64,000 nucleotides of DNA from Octopus sinensis (GCF_006345805.1 NC_042998.1:43462001-43526000); one strand, 5' to 3'; shown: positions 50,661 through 64,000, counted from the first letter of the stretch. Numbers and translations: made by a program. Notes: generated from the sequence alone by a model not told the origin.

Positions 50661-53600
50661 TTGATTGATTGATTGATTCTAGTTTCAGCTTATGACCTGT
50701 GGCCATGCTGGAGCACCGCCATGTGGTGTTGCTACTTGGTTTCACTTCATGGAGGCTTTCTAGCAACTGCTATTTGGTGCATGAGAGAGTTCGATGCAGC
50801 TGCCCTCATCTGCCCCTCCTGCCGTGAAGTTGGTTCATCTGGGACACCTGACAGGAAGAGATCCAGCTTCATTTTAAAGACATCTGTATCCACCCCATGC
50901 AGGTCTCTCAGGTTCTTCGGGAGGATATTGAAGAGCTGTGGGCCTCGGAAGCCCAGGCTATCACAGAATCTTGTCCTACATCTTGATGGCAGGTTTGGAG
51001 TCCTAGGCACCACGCAGTGGCGCCCAGTTCTGGCATTTGCGTAACTCTCGATGCCAAAGTTCAGGACACTTCCCTCCAGGATCTTCCAGATGTATATTAT
51101 GGCATATCTTTCCCGCCTACGCTCCAGGGAATATAATTTTAATCTCTTGAGTCTTTCCAGTAGCTTACATTCTGCATAGAGGCTATCTTCTTCGTGTAGC
51201 TTCGTTGGATCGCCTCAAGTTCTGTTATCAACTTGACACTGGATGGTGACCATAGCTGAGAGCAATAGTCAAAGTGGCTTAGGACAAGTGTCTTCCAGAG
51301 GACCATCATGGTTTCTTGTTCTCTTGTTCTAAAGGTTCTAAGGATCCATCCAGCCAGCCGTCTACATTTCATTGTCAGTTTAGCAACATGTACATGAAAG
51401 GTCGCGTCATCACTCATGTGAATACCCAGGTCACGCACTGATTGTGCCTCTGGGATTGCAATCCCTCCGGGTCCAGGGTCCAGTGTATTCATTGGGTATT
51501 GCATTCAGTCTTGCATGCTGATAGTATAAAGCTTGAAACTTTCCAGCATTGAACTGCATGCTATTCTTTTCAGCCCACTGTATATTTCGTCCAGCTCACA
51601 TTGCAGGTGTTTAGTGTCCTCAGGGTTCTGTATTGCCTGTGAAACTTTTGTATCATCTGCATAACTTGTGATCGTGGCTCTCTGCGTGGCTGAGGGCATG
51701 TCTGAGAGGGCCATTATGAACAGTAGTGGTCCCAGAACAGTGCCCTGCGGAACACCGCTCACTATTCGTGTGCTAATGGAGGTGGCCCCATTGGGGCTAC
51801 TACCACCTGACTTCTATCCTTCAGAAAGTCATGAAGCCATTCTCCCAGTTTTCCAACTATGTTGAGATCACGCAGTTTGTGACATATCATTCCATGATCG
51901 ACTTTATCAAAGGCCTTTGCAAAGTCGAGATATATCACTTCCACATTTGAGTGGTTGAGCAGCCGTTTCAGCACCCAGTCATAGTGTTGTAGGAGCTGAG
52001 TTAAACCTTCTCCCTGGTCGGAAACCATGTTGGGTGTCGGGCAGCAAGTCATTCTCTTCAAGGAAGGTGATCAGCTTCCTTCTGACTATTCGTTCCATGA
52101 CCTTGCTGATGTGTGAGGTCAGAGAGATAGGTCTATAGTTCTTGGCTTCCGCTCTGCTACCTCCTCCTTTATGAATGGGGCATATTTTACCTTCCTTCAG
52201 TTTTCCTGGAAGTTTGCCAGCTGCAAGGAAGCTCTGAAAGAGGAACTGCAGTGGTCTTGCTAGGACTCTCTTACATGCTTTTAGGAGGATTGCCGGGAAT
52301 CCATCGGGGCCAGTAGCTGAGTCTGTTTTCATTTCATCTATAGCCTTGGTTACATCGTCTTCCTTTATATCGATGTAATCTATCGTCGCCGCCTCTGATT
52401 TTATATCTGCAGTGGTAAAAAAGTCAGTTGGATTGGTGATTTGGAGATGCCAAGGGGTGGAGTGAAAACACTCTTGAATTGCTCATTCAGTATTTCACTT
52501 ACCCTCATTGGTTTTCCTGTAAGTGTGCCATCCTTTTCGAGGAGTGGCCCTATTCTACAGTGCACTGTAGCTGTTTCTTTGGCATACCTGTAGAAAGCTC
52601 TGGGGTTAGATTTTATGTTTTCTCTATAGCCCAGGTTTCTTTGTCTGCTCTTTCTTTTTCATGGGAGAGTTGCAGACATTTTTCGATTTCCAACAGTTTT
52701 ATTTTTAGGCGGGACTTTCACTGCTTTCAATCTGTTTGTTTAGGCGATTTGAAATTTCGTACGCCGTCTCATTAAAATTTTCCTCTCTCTGGGGATTTTG
52801 TTCTTGTGTACAGTGGCATTTCTCTCTGGGACACATTTGTAGCATATGGCTTGCATTACAGACATGAATTGTTGGAGTTTCACGTCGATGTCTGGCGAGG
52901 AGAGACATTTAGGCCAGTTTTGTTTGAGGATCTCTTTCTCAATTTGTTTCCAGTTTGCCTTATGGTAGTTCAAGCTGGAAAGATTTTGAGGGTTTCTTGT
53001 AGGCTGCATGTCCGTGCTCTCTTTTGGCCCGTACATGGTCAGCTCTATCATGTTGTGATCCGAGAGTAGTGTCGGTGTCACTTTCACATTATGGATGAGA
53101 TCCATGTCATTTGTGAAGCAGAGATCCAGTGGTGTTACCTGCCCTGGTTGGTTGGAGTATTACCTGCTCCATGTACAGGGTGTTGATGAGGTTCAGGAGG
53201 GACCTCGCCTGTCCACGTTCACATCTTGTCATTCCTGGGAGAGAAAGGCCCTCGGGCCATCTGACATTGGGCAGATTGAGTCTCCCATAAGAAGCACACC
53301 TATGTGTTGTTCTAATGTGGTTAGAATTTCTTCTATTTTTATAAGGCAGTCTTCAAACTTGCCCACATGGCTTGGGACATCTGGAGGGCGATATGTAGCA
53401 CACACAACTACATCAAGTTGCCTAATATGTACAATTAGTGTGTCACACACCGAGTTTGAGTATGACAAGAGGACCTGGGGTGTGAGGTCCTCACGGATGT
53501 ACATAGCAACACCTCCATGACTCCTTTCTTTCCTGTCGTCCGTAGTACAGCATACTGTGGTATGTGTAACTCCGCATCTGCTATGTCCGTTTCAGGTGCG

Positions 53601-53765
53601 TTTCTGTAAGTGCTATGCATATGGCTTGATTGCATGCAACAAAGTCTCTCAGGAACGGGATCTTTGTCCTGTTACTGAGTGTTTGCAGTCCTCTGATGTT
53701 CAGTAGGAGTATCGAGGTGAGGTGTACGTTGTTGCCGGCGGTGTCCATCCTGTGTCTGTTTGCTG
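50659..53765 (-). mobile_element. CR1-like LINE ORF2 (APE + RT), frameshifted, with (AATC)n tail
   Basis: LLNIRGL, IALTETHL, GGVAMYIRE, ATYRPP, LSDHNMI, ATGPDGFPA, NYRPISLTS, QHGFRPGR, YLDFAKAFDKV, SGVPQGTVLGPLLF, YADDTK, FKMKLDLFLSGVPDEP. Confidence 0.95.
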
Positions 53766-53799
53766 TGGCGGTCTGGTATATAGTGGGTAGTCATATATA

Positions 53800-55925
53800 T
53801 ATATGAAAAAAAAGTCAAAAATAGAAAATGCTAAAATAATTTTATAGTGAACATTTCAGTACCGGTTTCGGTCATTTTGAGACCTTTTCAACTGTAACGA
53901 TTAAATAATTAAATTTAGAAAAATTAGAAGAAAAGTTTTTTTAAAAGAATATTTCTATAGTAGTGTTCAGATTTAAGTGGCATTCTGCCTTTCTCTGACT
54001 CCCTTGTTTGCACTTGAGTGTTGGAGGTCGTTGTGAGTTCTTGGTAGGGTAGTAGAGGAAGAAGGCTGGTGAGGAAAGGGGGGTGGGAGAATCTGGGAGT
54101 GCCCTGATGGTCGTATTTTGAATGGTCAGTGGCGGCTGGCAGTCTCAGTTCAATTCAGGAGAATATTTATATTGAAGGGCTTGTTTATAGAATTTGCGTA
54201 GGTGTTATACTAAAAAACATTAGTGACAAAGTTAAGGGGTAGGGGGTGGAGAAGTAGAAGAAGAAGAAGAAGAAGAAGAAGAAGAAGAAGAAGAAGGAGA
54301 AGGAGAAGATGACGATGATGGTGATGGTGGTGATGATTATGACGACGATGATGATGATAATGATGATGATGAAGAAGAAGAAGAAGAAGAAGAAGAAGAA
54401 GAAGAAGAAGAAGGAGGAGAAGGAGAAGATGCTGGTGATGATGGTGGTGATGATGATGACGACGATGATGATGATAATGATGATGATGAAGAAGAAGAGG
54501 AAGAAGAAGAAGAAGAAAAAAACAGAGAAGGGAGAATATGAAAGGGTGTAAGTATAGCTATGAAGGGGCTGATTAGTAATGGATTCTATGGAGTGTAATA
54601 TTTGTGTGTGTATATATATTTTCTTTATTCTAAAGTTGAGGTATATTAATTGTTTGTCGTAGACCCGTTAAGAAGTGGCTTGTATTTTGTAATAAAGAGA
54701 TTTTCTTACTTATTCGTTGTCTCGAGGTTGTATCGTCCCTAAATTGGTAGAGGGGGAAAATTCTGAAGTTTGGTGTTTTTTTTGTTGGCGCAAGTATCTA
54801 TGTGTTGGCTAAAAGCTATTTTTCTGTTTTGGGGAATTTTATCTGGGATCTGTGCAGGGCCATTCGTTTACGCAAACCATTTTTTGTTTGGCCTATGTAC
54901 TGCTCTTGACACTCGGAGCAGGTTAGTGAGTATATTAGGTTCTCCGAAGCACATGTGAAGTTGCTTTTCACTGTAAACCGTTGTCCCTGTTTGAAGGAGA
55001 ACTCTGATCCCTCAATTAGATAGTCGCATATCCCGCAATTGGGTCTTCACATTTTTTTACTGTCGGCTTCTGTGTTGAAGAGTGAATTCGGGCTGTGTAA
55101 GGTGACTTTTCATGGATCTAGGCTGTATTTTGCTTTTTATGATCGTGTGTGTTTGGAGGATTGTGTTCATTCTGTGGTCTTTTTTAGGAGGGGTATGTTG
55201 TGGAGGATGGTGTCGAAGGCTTCGTTATTGAGAGGGTTGTGTGTGGAGATGTATGGTAAGGCTTTGGTTGTAAGTTTTTCTTTGATTTGGGATGTCTCAG
55301 TTCCTTGATGTTAAGTTGAAGGGCACGTTGAATGCACTTGTCAATAAGTGAAGGTGGATAGTTCCTGGTGATTAGGGTATCTTTTAGTTCTTGTAGTCGT
55401 GTGTCTCTAGTGTTTGCGTTAGAGACTATAGTGCATATCCTTTTTGCTAGATTGAAGGGGATATTCATCCTGGTGTGTCTGGGGTGGCATGAATTGAATG
55501 GAAGATATTGCTTAGAGTCTGTAGGCTTATAGTATATGTCTGTTTCTATTATATTATTAGCTTTCTTAATGAGGATATCGAGGAAGGGGAGTTGTTGTTG
55601 GCTATATTCCATCGTGAATTGGATGTTTACGTCCAGTCCGTTTAAAATTTTCTGGAATTCTATGAGTTTTTCTATATTTTTATGCAAAGGATGAAACAGT
55701 CATCTAGATATCTCTTCCAGTTGTTTTCTATGTAGATGGAGAAAGGGCTGCCATATCTTTCTAGAACCTTACGATACAGACTGATCTCTAGGTATCCTAT
55801 GGCTAGGTTGGCAAAGGAGGGGGCCATTCGTGTACCCATCGCAGTCCCCGATTTTTGTCGGTAGAAGTTGTCATTGAAGGCGAAGAAGTTATTTTCCAGG
55901 ATGAATTTAACCCCTTCCATCACAA
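53800..55925 (-). mobile_element. Penelope-like element: RT, GIY-YIG endonuclease, 3' region and terminal repeat with U3-A8 HHR (53857-53894)
   Basis: GTAMGTRMAPSFANL, WKRYLDD, LPFLDI, YYKPTDSKQYLPFNSCHP; NLIYSLTCSECQEQYIGQT...LRKR; internal (GAA)n/(GAT)n tract. Confidence 0.9.
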
Positions 55926-55989
55926 ATTCTTTTTTATATATATATATATGTATATATGCATATATATATATATGTGTGTATGTATATAT

Positions 55990-56405
55990 CAGGGGCGATG
56001 AATAAACTATCGTCTAAATTACGCAGAAACATAAATAACACTGACATCTCATTTTAACAGATATATTTACCAAAATTACACAACTTGAAATACTGAAGAG
56101 TAAATTTATTCAATAAAATCGCCATTGCCTTCAACCACGACCTCTTGGCGACTTCGGAATCACCTGCAACTCTTCTGGGCGGTCTCCTTGTTTAAGTTGG
56201 TGACTGCTGCGATAATCCTTGTCTTCAGTTCATCTTTGGTGTTATTAGGAGTTTTGTTGGTCTCTCGCTCAATTGCGCCCCACACATAATAATCAACGGG
56301 CTTGCAATCGGGGGAGTTAGCTAGCCGGATATTAGGGGTGATATGGTCACAGAAATTGTCTGACAGCCATGACTCGGTTCTCTTGCATGTGTGGCATCGT
56401 GCACA
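55990..56405 (-). mobile_element. Tc1/mariner 3' fragment
   Basis: NSPDCKPVDYYVWGAIERETNKTPNNTKDELKTRII; end CAGGGGCGATGAATAAACTATCG; same family as 23310. Confidence 0.8.
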
Positions 56406-56429
56406 CACGACTACATGAACTAAGGGATA

Positions 56430-57350
56430 CACTCATCACCAGGTACTACCCACCTTCACTTATTGGTATATGTTTTCAACGTGCTCTTCAACTCAACATC
56501 CTTTGAGTTTACAACCAAAATCCCTACCATACATCTCCACACACAACCCTCTTAACAATGAAGCCTTCGACACCATCCTTCAAAACATCCCCCTGCTAAA
56601 AAAAAGACCACAGAATGAACTTAATCCTCCAAACACACACCATCATAAATAGCAAGAGACAGCCCAAATCTATGAAAAGTTTCATAACACAAGCCCGAAT
56701 ACGCTCAACAGCAACACAGAAGCCGTCATACCACCTACATTCCTTCTTATTCTCCTTTCCCTTTTCCTTCTTCTTCTTCGTTTTCTTCCTCTCCGCCACC
56801 TCCTTCCTAACTTTACCACTATTGCTGTTTAGAATAGCACCTGCGCAAATTTTATAAACAAAACATTAAAAACAGATGTTTCAAGCATTCAATCACTACT
56901 ACCATCCACAACAAATGACTTTCAGGGCACTTGACCATTTAACATCCTACTATCATGGCACTCCTCCTCCTCCTCCTCCTCCTCCTTCTTCTTCTTCTTC
57001 TTCTTCTTCTTCTTCTTCTTCTTCTTCTTCTTCTTCTTCTTCTTCTTCTTCTTCTTCTTCTTCTTCTTCTTCTTCTTCTTCTTCTTCTTCTTCTTCCAAG
57101 AATTCACAACGACCCAGAACCCACAAGAGTAAATAAGAAAGACAGAGACGGACAGAAACAAGGAAAATACCCCTTGCATTTGAATACTATGCAAATATTC
57201 TTTTAAAAAACTTTTTCTTTTAATTTTTCCAAAATGTTATTGTTTTCCATACTTACAGTTGAAAATGTCTCAATGACTGAAACCGGTACTGAAATGTTTT
57301 TTGTAAAATTATTTTAGCATTTTCCACCTTGGCTTTTTTCCATATATATA
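56430..57350 (+). mobile_element. Penelope-like element, internally deleted, inverted relative to 53800-55330; HHR at 57256-57291
   Basis: 56455-56720 is a diverged reverse complement of ~55050-55350; (CTT)n tract; 57090-57350 mirrors 53800-54040. Confidence 0.85.
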
Positions 57351-57378
57351 TCAACTCTTGTGTTCCATTTCAACTTTT

Positions 57379-57431
<53 letters not shown>

Positions 57432-57763
57432 TATATAATAAATTAATAAATAAATAAAACATATGCATATATACATACATATATGTACGTACCTACCTCT
57501 ACATGTATATATACATGCATATATGGGTACAGGACACCAAAAAAAAAAAACGTCGAACACAATAAGAAACGAAAACATAAACACAAAACCAAGGAGATGG
57601 ACATTTTTTTAAACAACGAAAAAATAGAGTACAGGACATACAAAACAAGGAAAATTCCCCTTCTTCAGTCGCCTTAGATTCATCTACTCCACGTTTCGAA
57701 GGTCAAGGCGATATATATACACATACATATACACATACATACATACATACATACATACATACA

Positions 57764-57799
<36 letters not shown>

Positions 57800-58504
57800 T
57801 ATATATAAGGAGAGTTTATGAAAAAAACAACAAATATATACATATATATATGACTGCTCCAAGATCGTATGTCTGGCAGCATGACTCATATTTATATATG
57901 TGTGTGTGTGTGTGTTTGTGTTTATGTATGTGTGCGTGTGTGTGTATATGTGTGTTTGTGTTTGTGTGTATATATGTGCGTGTGTTTGTGTGTGTATGTG
58001 TGCATGTGTTTGTGTGTGTGTGTGCGTGTGCGTATATACGCACACGTGCATGCGTATATAAGGATTTCTGTATGTTTATATGAACGTATTATTATAATTT
58101 CAGACGTATTTTTACTCTTATCTAAATAAGTGTAATCATTTTATTATCTCCCTTTAATTATGAAGTTGTCATTTTCTACTTCCCTCCCTTGACATAAATT
58201 ATAGACTTGAGTGTGGTAATGTTTTCTTGAGCATACTGAACAGTAAAACTTAAGGAAAAAATGTTACAAATTAAAATTTAATGATATCATTTACAAAAAT
58301 TTGTTATCTGTCACTTTATTATTTATTGTCCAACGAGTATATTCGCTGGGTATAATAGGAAATACTTGACTCTCGAACTTAGATCTTCAAAGTCTGTTTT
58401 CTTATTGAAATAATGCACTTTTGAGATAGAAATTTTAAACGTCATGCTTCTTAGAAGAATTATCCTACATGTATGAAAAAATAATTTGATCAAAGTATTG
58501 ATGC

Positions 58505-58868
58505 GTGGCGCCCCATCACTCCTTCTGCATGTCCTTAATGGTTGAGTCCTCTTCTCTTTCTCTTTTCGCCCTTTTCAAGCCTAGCCAGGCTCATGGGCCC
58601 GGTTTCCCGGTTTCTATGGTGTATGTGTCCTACCCCCCAGCTGGACGGGACACCAGTCCATCGCAGCGTTACTCAAGAAACCCAGAGAAAGAGTGAGAGG
58701 AAGTTGGGGCGAAAGAGTACAACATGGGTCGCTACCCCCCCCCCCCCTGCCGCAGCCTCGTGGAGCTTTGGGTGTTTTCGCTCAATAAACACACACAATG
58801 CCCGGTCTGGGAATCGAAACCGCGATCCTCTGACCGCGAGTGCACTGCCCTAACCACTAGGCAATTGC
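58505..58868 (-). mobile_element. tRNA-derived SINE family D
   Basis: Minus strand TTGCCTAGTGGTTAGGG (A box), GGTTTCGATTCCC (B box); body with CTGCGATGGACTGGTGTCCCGTCCAGCTGGGG. Confidence 0.8.
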
Positions 58869-58934
58869 GAACGAGTGAGTACACCTCTGTGCGACCTTTT
58901 AATCAATCATTGATTCATGTATGTGAAGGCGCAT

Positions 58935-59075
58935 AGGTTCATTGTTCGGGTGTTCGGTTTGTAATCTTCAGTTGGGAAATTTAGTTCCAGAAATTGGCTG
59001 TGTGTTACGTTTCTTCTTGAGCAATATTTCATTTCACGTTGCTCCAGTCTATTCGGCTGTAATGTGTACCTGTCA
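58935..59075 (+). mobile_element. Old SINE family C remnant
   Basis: CTTGAGCAATATTTCATTTCACGTTGCTCCAGTC matches the 18090-18140 core. Confidence 0.55.
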
Positions 59076-59451
59076 AGTGCTAGGGCAACCTTCTCCTTCA
59101 CCAGCTGCCATATCTTGACAGACAATTGGATCACGAGTGATGGAACTGAGTGACTGTTAATTCTCGCTTGCTTGTCTAAAGAAACCCAAATCAATGAACG
59201 AAAACATAATACGTGTGACGAAGTCATACTCGCCTACGACTGACGACTGATTCAAGTTCAGAATATCTATAACGCACACACAATCACAAACACACACTTA
59301 CACACACACACACACACACGCACACACAAACTCACACACGCACAAGAACATTACAAATGAACACCCAAAAATTAGAAAAAGATGAATAAAAATAAAAACA
59401 GGAAAAAACAGAATGCGAGAGACAAAGAGAGATTGAGAAAGAGGCACACAT

Positions 59452-59541
<90 letters not shown>

Positions 59542-60384
59542 GCTAATATACTTAGAAATACTCCTCAAAATTCTAGTGGGTCTTGACTTAAATTCATTTG
59601 ATATGTTTATTTGATTAAAGTTAATCAAGTGTTATGGCTACAACGCATTATGTAACTAGAAGGTACAAACTTTCAGTAGCTGCCGAGGGACAAATGTTTA
59701 CGACATTCGTTTCACAAGTATGAGGTCTCACCATCAGACTCACTGCACGGGTACTTGGGCAAATGCCATTTTCCATAGTCTCAGGTCAAACACCTCATGA
59801 GAGAGATTAAGTAGACAGAAACACCACTACTGGACCCCCATCGGATTGGTTTTACCTGTAATTTAAGATGCACAGCCTTATATCACATATACTATGTCAC
59901 GGTGCCTCACCTGAGAATTCTGCTACGCGCACACGTGTCTGTGGATTTCTCAACCACTTACAGGTTAATTCAGTTGAGCGAACAAGAAAATCATCAGGGA
60001 ACGACAAAGAACCAGCAGCAGCAGCAGCTGCTGCAAAAGCTACTGCCACCACCACCACCACCACCGCAAACATTTAACTTTCTAGTAGAAATTTGCTAAA
60101 AGTTATTAGCTCAAATAATACAACATCAACGTTGCATACTCATGCTTTTGTCGAAAATCGAACATACATATATGATTTCGCTTATATATATATGATAACG
60201 AAAGAAATATAACTAGATGAATTTCATCGAACACGTAAGAAAACTACAGCATGAAGAGTTATATTTGCCGTTTCGTTTTCTGATTTCAAAACCACTGGCC
60301 CAGGGCGCCTTTAAGGACTGTAGCGAGCTGACAACAAAGCAAAAAATATTAGTGGAAAGCACACAAGTGCGCCGAGTGTTTACA

Positions 60385-61378
60385 GAGGTTGCAATTTTTT
60401 TTCTTGGAAGTAAAATATTTAAGAGATGTACAATATTTATAATTTAAATGACATTTCCAAAAATATATTTGTCGCAATTAATATATAAGCAAAACGTTGT
60501 GTTATCAGTGAGGTTGCAATTTTTTTCTTGGAAGTAAAATATTTTAAAAGATGTACAATATTTATAATTTAAATGACATTTTCAAAAATATATTTGTCGC
60601 AATTAACATATAAGCAAAACGTTGTGTTATCAGTGAGGTTGCAATTTTTTTCTTGGGAGTAAAATATTTAAGAGATGTACAATATTTATAATTTAAATGA
60701 CATTTTCAAAAATATATTTGTCACAATTAACATATAAGCAAAACGTTGTGTTATCGGTGAGGTTGCAATTTTTTTCTTGGGAGTAAAATATTTAAGAGAT
60801 GTACAATATTTATAATTTAAATGACATTTTCAAAAATATATTTGTCACAATTAACATATAAGCAAAACGTTGTGTTATCGGTGAGGTTGCAATTTTTTTC
60901 TTGGGAGTAAAATATTTTAAAAGATGTACAATATTTATAATTTAAATGACATTTTCAAAAATATATTTGTCGCAATTAACATATAAGCGAAACGTTGTGT
61001 TATCGGTGAGGTTGCAATTTTTTTCTTGAGAGTAAAATATTTTAAAAGATGTACAATATTTATAATTTAAATGACATTTTCAAAAATATATTTGTCGCAA
61101 TTAACATATAAGCAAACCGTTGTGTTATCAGTGAGGTTGCAGTTTTTTTTCTTGGAAGTAAAATATTTTAAAAGATGTACAATATTTATAATTTAAATGA
61201 CATTTTCAAAAATATATTTGTCGCAATTAACATATAAGCAAAACGTTGTGTTATCAGTGAGGTTGCAATTATTTTCTTGGAAGTAAAATATCTAAAAGAT
61301 GTACAATATTTATAATTTAAATGACATTTTCAAAATATTTGTCGCAATTAATATATAAGCAAAACGTTGTGTTATCAG
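60385..61378. repeat. Minisatellite, 8 units of 124-126 bp
   Basis: GAGGTTGCAATT starts at 60385, 60510, 60635, 60759, 60883, 61008, 61133, 61259. Confidence 0.95.
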
Positions 61379-61589
61379 AGCCGAAACAGTGTTGTTGATG
61401 TGAGAAGATCCAGGGACCAACATTTTTCCTTTTTAAATCAAAGCTAGCAAATGTAATTTTTTGATTGAATTAGTTTTTAAAACTAAAGTAAAAGATACAA
61501 ATGTTTTATTTTATTCATTTCAACTTTTAATTTAATTGTTTTATAACTATTATACTCAGTATTATATACTTATATTATTGGTTTAAAAT

Positions 61590-62260
61590 TTTGGCACAAG
61601 GCTAGCAATTTCAGGGAGGTGGATAAGAAGTCAATTACATTTGACCCCAGTGTTCAACTGGTACTGATTTTATAAACCCTGAAAGGATGAAAGGCAAGAT
61701 CTACCTCGGCGGAGTTTGAACTCAGAACTAAACGACAAACGAAATGCTGCTTAGTATTTTGCCCGGTCTGCTAGCGATTCTGCCAGCACGTCGCCTGATG
61801 TACAATTATCAATCCCGTTATTAAGGCGTCCAGCTGGAAGCTCGTTACCGCGCTGGGACAATATGCTCAGCAGCATTTCTTCCGTCTATTTACATTCTCA
61901 GTTTAAATGACATCGAGGTCAACTACACCTTTCATCCTTCTAGGTTGACAAAATAAGTACCAACTAAGAACTGGGGGCCATCTATAATCGACTTTCCATC
62001 CCCTAAAATTTGCTTGTCCTGTGCGAAAATTACAAACAATTATTAATAACGCTATTTCTAAGTCGGGGAGCTGGTAGAACCATTAGATCGTCGGCGAAAT
62101 TGCTTTATTTTGTTCTTTTTATTTCCATTCTGAGCTAGGTTCTGGAAAGGTCAGCTTCACCTTTCCTTCCTATGGGGTTTGGTAAAACAAAGCACAGTAA
62201 AGTACTGCGGTTTGATGTAATCAACTAACTTTCTACCCTTTGTAATCGCTGGCGTGGAAC
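61590..62260. mobile_element. Cluster of three old SINE family B copies
   Basis: One minus copy (~61590-61800) and two decayed plus copies (~61810-62040, ~62060-62260). Confidence 0.7.
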
Positions 62261-62519
62261 CTGAATCAGAAATCATTATTCATAGATTATTACCCTTTCG
62301 GTTTAAGTAGTCCCAGTAACTATAGTTGTTGAAATATGGGGGCAAAAAATCAAAAACAGAAGAGTCGGCAGTTTCTTATTGCATGGAATGGCGTTTATCT
62401 GATGCCATTCAGTACAATGGATCACCGAGCTATAAAAGTCTGAGAACTACTATATTTGATTAATGCAAATGTAAAATATGCCTTAATTACGTGAAACAAT
62501 GTAAGTAGCGAGCTATATT

Positions 62520-62730
62520 TCGCTATACCTATTTCTTTACTTCCCACAAAGGGCGACACACAGAGGGGACAAACAAGGACAGACAAGCGGATTAAGTCGA
62601 TTATATCGACCCCAGTGCGTAACTGGTACTTATTTAATCGACCCCGAAATGATGAAAGGCAAAGTTGACCTCGGCGGAATTTGAACTCAGAACGTAGCGG
62701 CAGACGAAATACTGCTAAGTATTTCGCCCG
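62520..62730 (-). mobile_element. SINE family B, young copy
   Basis: Close match to the reverse complement of 46224-46449. Confidence 0.9.
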
Positions 62731-62757
62731 GCTTTCGCTATACCTTCAACATTCTAA

Positions 62758-62802
<45 letters not shown>

Positions 62803-62929
62803 TCATAGAACAGGCGGAATATTTCATATTAAGTTCTTTTTTAAAAATTCTATGACATGGTTGATTATATAAGGAAATCTTGAGCTTTAGTTCAATGTTT
62901 AAAGCGTGATTCGGATCGCGTAAAATGTG

Positions 62930-63140
62930 TCGTATTGCCGTGCCAGAATCATTTGCCCATTGGAAAATGCCTTGCAGTATTCTTTTCTGTTCTTACGTTC
63001 TTATTTCAAATCCCGCCAAAGTTATCCGTTACCTTCCATCCCTCCGGAGAGAATAAAATAAAGTACCAACCAATTACTGAAGTCTATGTTATCGGCTAAC
63101 TCCCAACCCCTAAAAATCGCTAGCCTTGTTCCTATTTTAG
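62930..63140 (+). mobile_element. SINE family B, old copy
   Basis: TTCAAATCCCGCC...CCTTCCATCCC..GGAG..AATAAAATAAAGTACCA. Confidence 0.55.
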
Positions 63141-63849
63141 AAGCAATTATTACAAAATTTTAATGAATGTACCAATGTAGTGAGACCTCACATATAATCA
63201 TGTACTGAGAATGTTCGGTTAACTAAGATTACCAAAGGAATCAGTAGCAAAACTCTCCATATAGTAGCGTTCAAAATCCAAACACTTGTAAGGGAGATAA
63301 CTCCAACAGAATGACAAACTCGTATAACAGCCAACCATTTTATTTGTATTTAAAAATCCGAAATGATTACATGCATATCGTTTACATATATCGTATCAAT
63401 ATTCACTGATCGAAAGATTATTCTGTGTATAAATGCCTTATGATGACGAAATGAACTTTTTTATGTGTGTATCATCCATTTTGATATTCGTATCATTCTC
63501 ATCAACAATGTTGCAGATGAAAGTGGATGAAGGAAATGGACAGTGTCGTATATATAACCTGGTCTACACAGAAGGAAAGGAATTTAGTTGTCATTCACTT
63601 TCTGTTACATTTAGTAAAGGGTGATGTTGACATAGCAATGAAGAAGAGCTTTAATTTCTGGTCAACTAACTAATGAATTTGCAAACAAATGTTGTTCTCG
63701 AAGAACTGCTTAAGAGACGATAATGGAAAAACTGGATGCGGGACGGAGGAAAATGTGCACACGAGAGGAGGCCCTGTCTCTGATTTGTGATCAGATCGTG
63801 AATTCACAGAAGAAGGTTAAAGCTAATATTATTAATTCATACAAGATAG

Positions 63850-63952
63850 CGAGATGGCAGAGTCGCTAGAGTCTTCATGTTCCGAGTGAAAATTCCGCTG
63901 AGGTCGACTTTGCATTTCATGTTTCGGGGTCGATAAAATAAGTTATCAGTTG
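63850..63952 (+). mobile_element. SINE family B partial copy
   Basis: AAATTCCGCTGAGGTCGACTTTGCATTTCATGTTTCGGGGTCGATAAAATAAG. Confidence 0.7.
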
Positions 63953-64000
63953 AACACACACACAAACACACACACACAAACACACACACACATATACACA

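Noticed and set aside
54250-54551. Poly-K/M/E ORF, and poly-S/L/K ORFs at 56876-57206
   Set aside because: (GAA)n/(GAT)n tracts inside PLE 3' regions.
60385-61378. Array as CRISPR or as a hammerhead satellite (contains AAACGTTGTGTTA like the 36756 motif)
   Set aside because: Units are contiguous with no unique spacers, context is eukaryotic, and I found no CUGANGA-type core or stems.

Overview
AT-rich, repeat-saturated eukaryotic DNA with no host protein-coding gene that I can recognise. The microsatellite load and the SINE/LINE families point to a coleoid cephalopod (octopus-like) genome; this is inference from sequence style only. Most entries in the ORF track are microsatellite artefacts. 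Real content is decayed mobile DNA: RTE LINEs (two with a C-terminal triple C2H2 zinc-finger array), two R4/Dong-type RLE LINEs next to trinucleotide tracts, a Tx1/L1-like LINE, a ~3.1 kb CR1-like LINE, three Penelope-like element (PLE) copies, several Tc1/mariner and hAT remnants, Helitron-like ends, at least four tRNA-derived SINE families, a ~3.7 kb tandem duplication and an 8 x 125 bp minisatellite. The strongest hidden signal is RNA-level: about 15 minimal type-I hammerhead ribozyme (HHR)-like motifs sit in short TA-flanked PLE-terminal modules, several arranged as long palindromes or inverted pairs. Their cores covary at the C3-G8 tertiary pair (C-G, U-A and A-U) and some stems show compensatory changes. 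All folds were done by eye; coordinates of decayed elements are approximate and ribozyme activity is untested.
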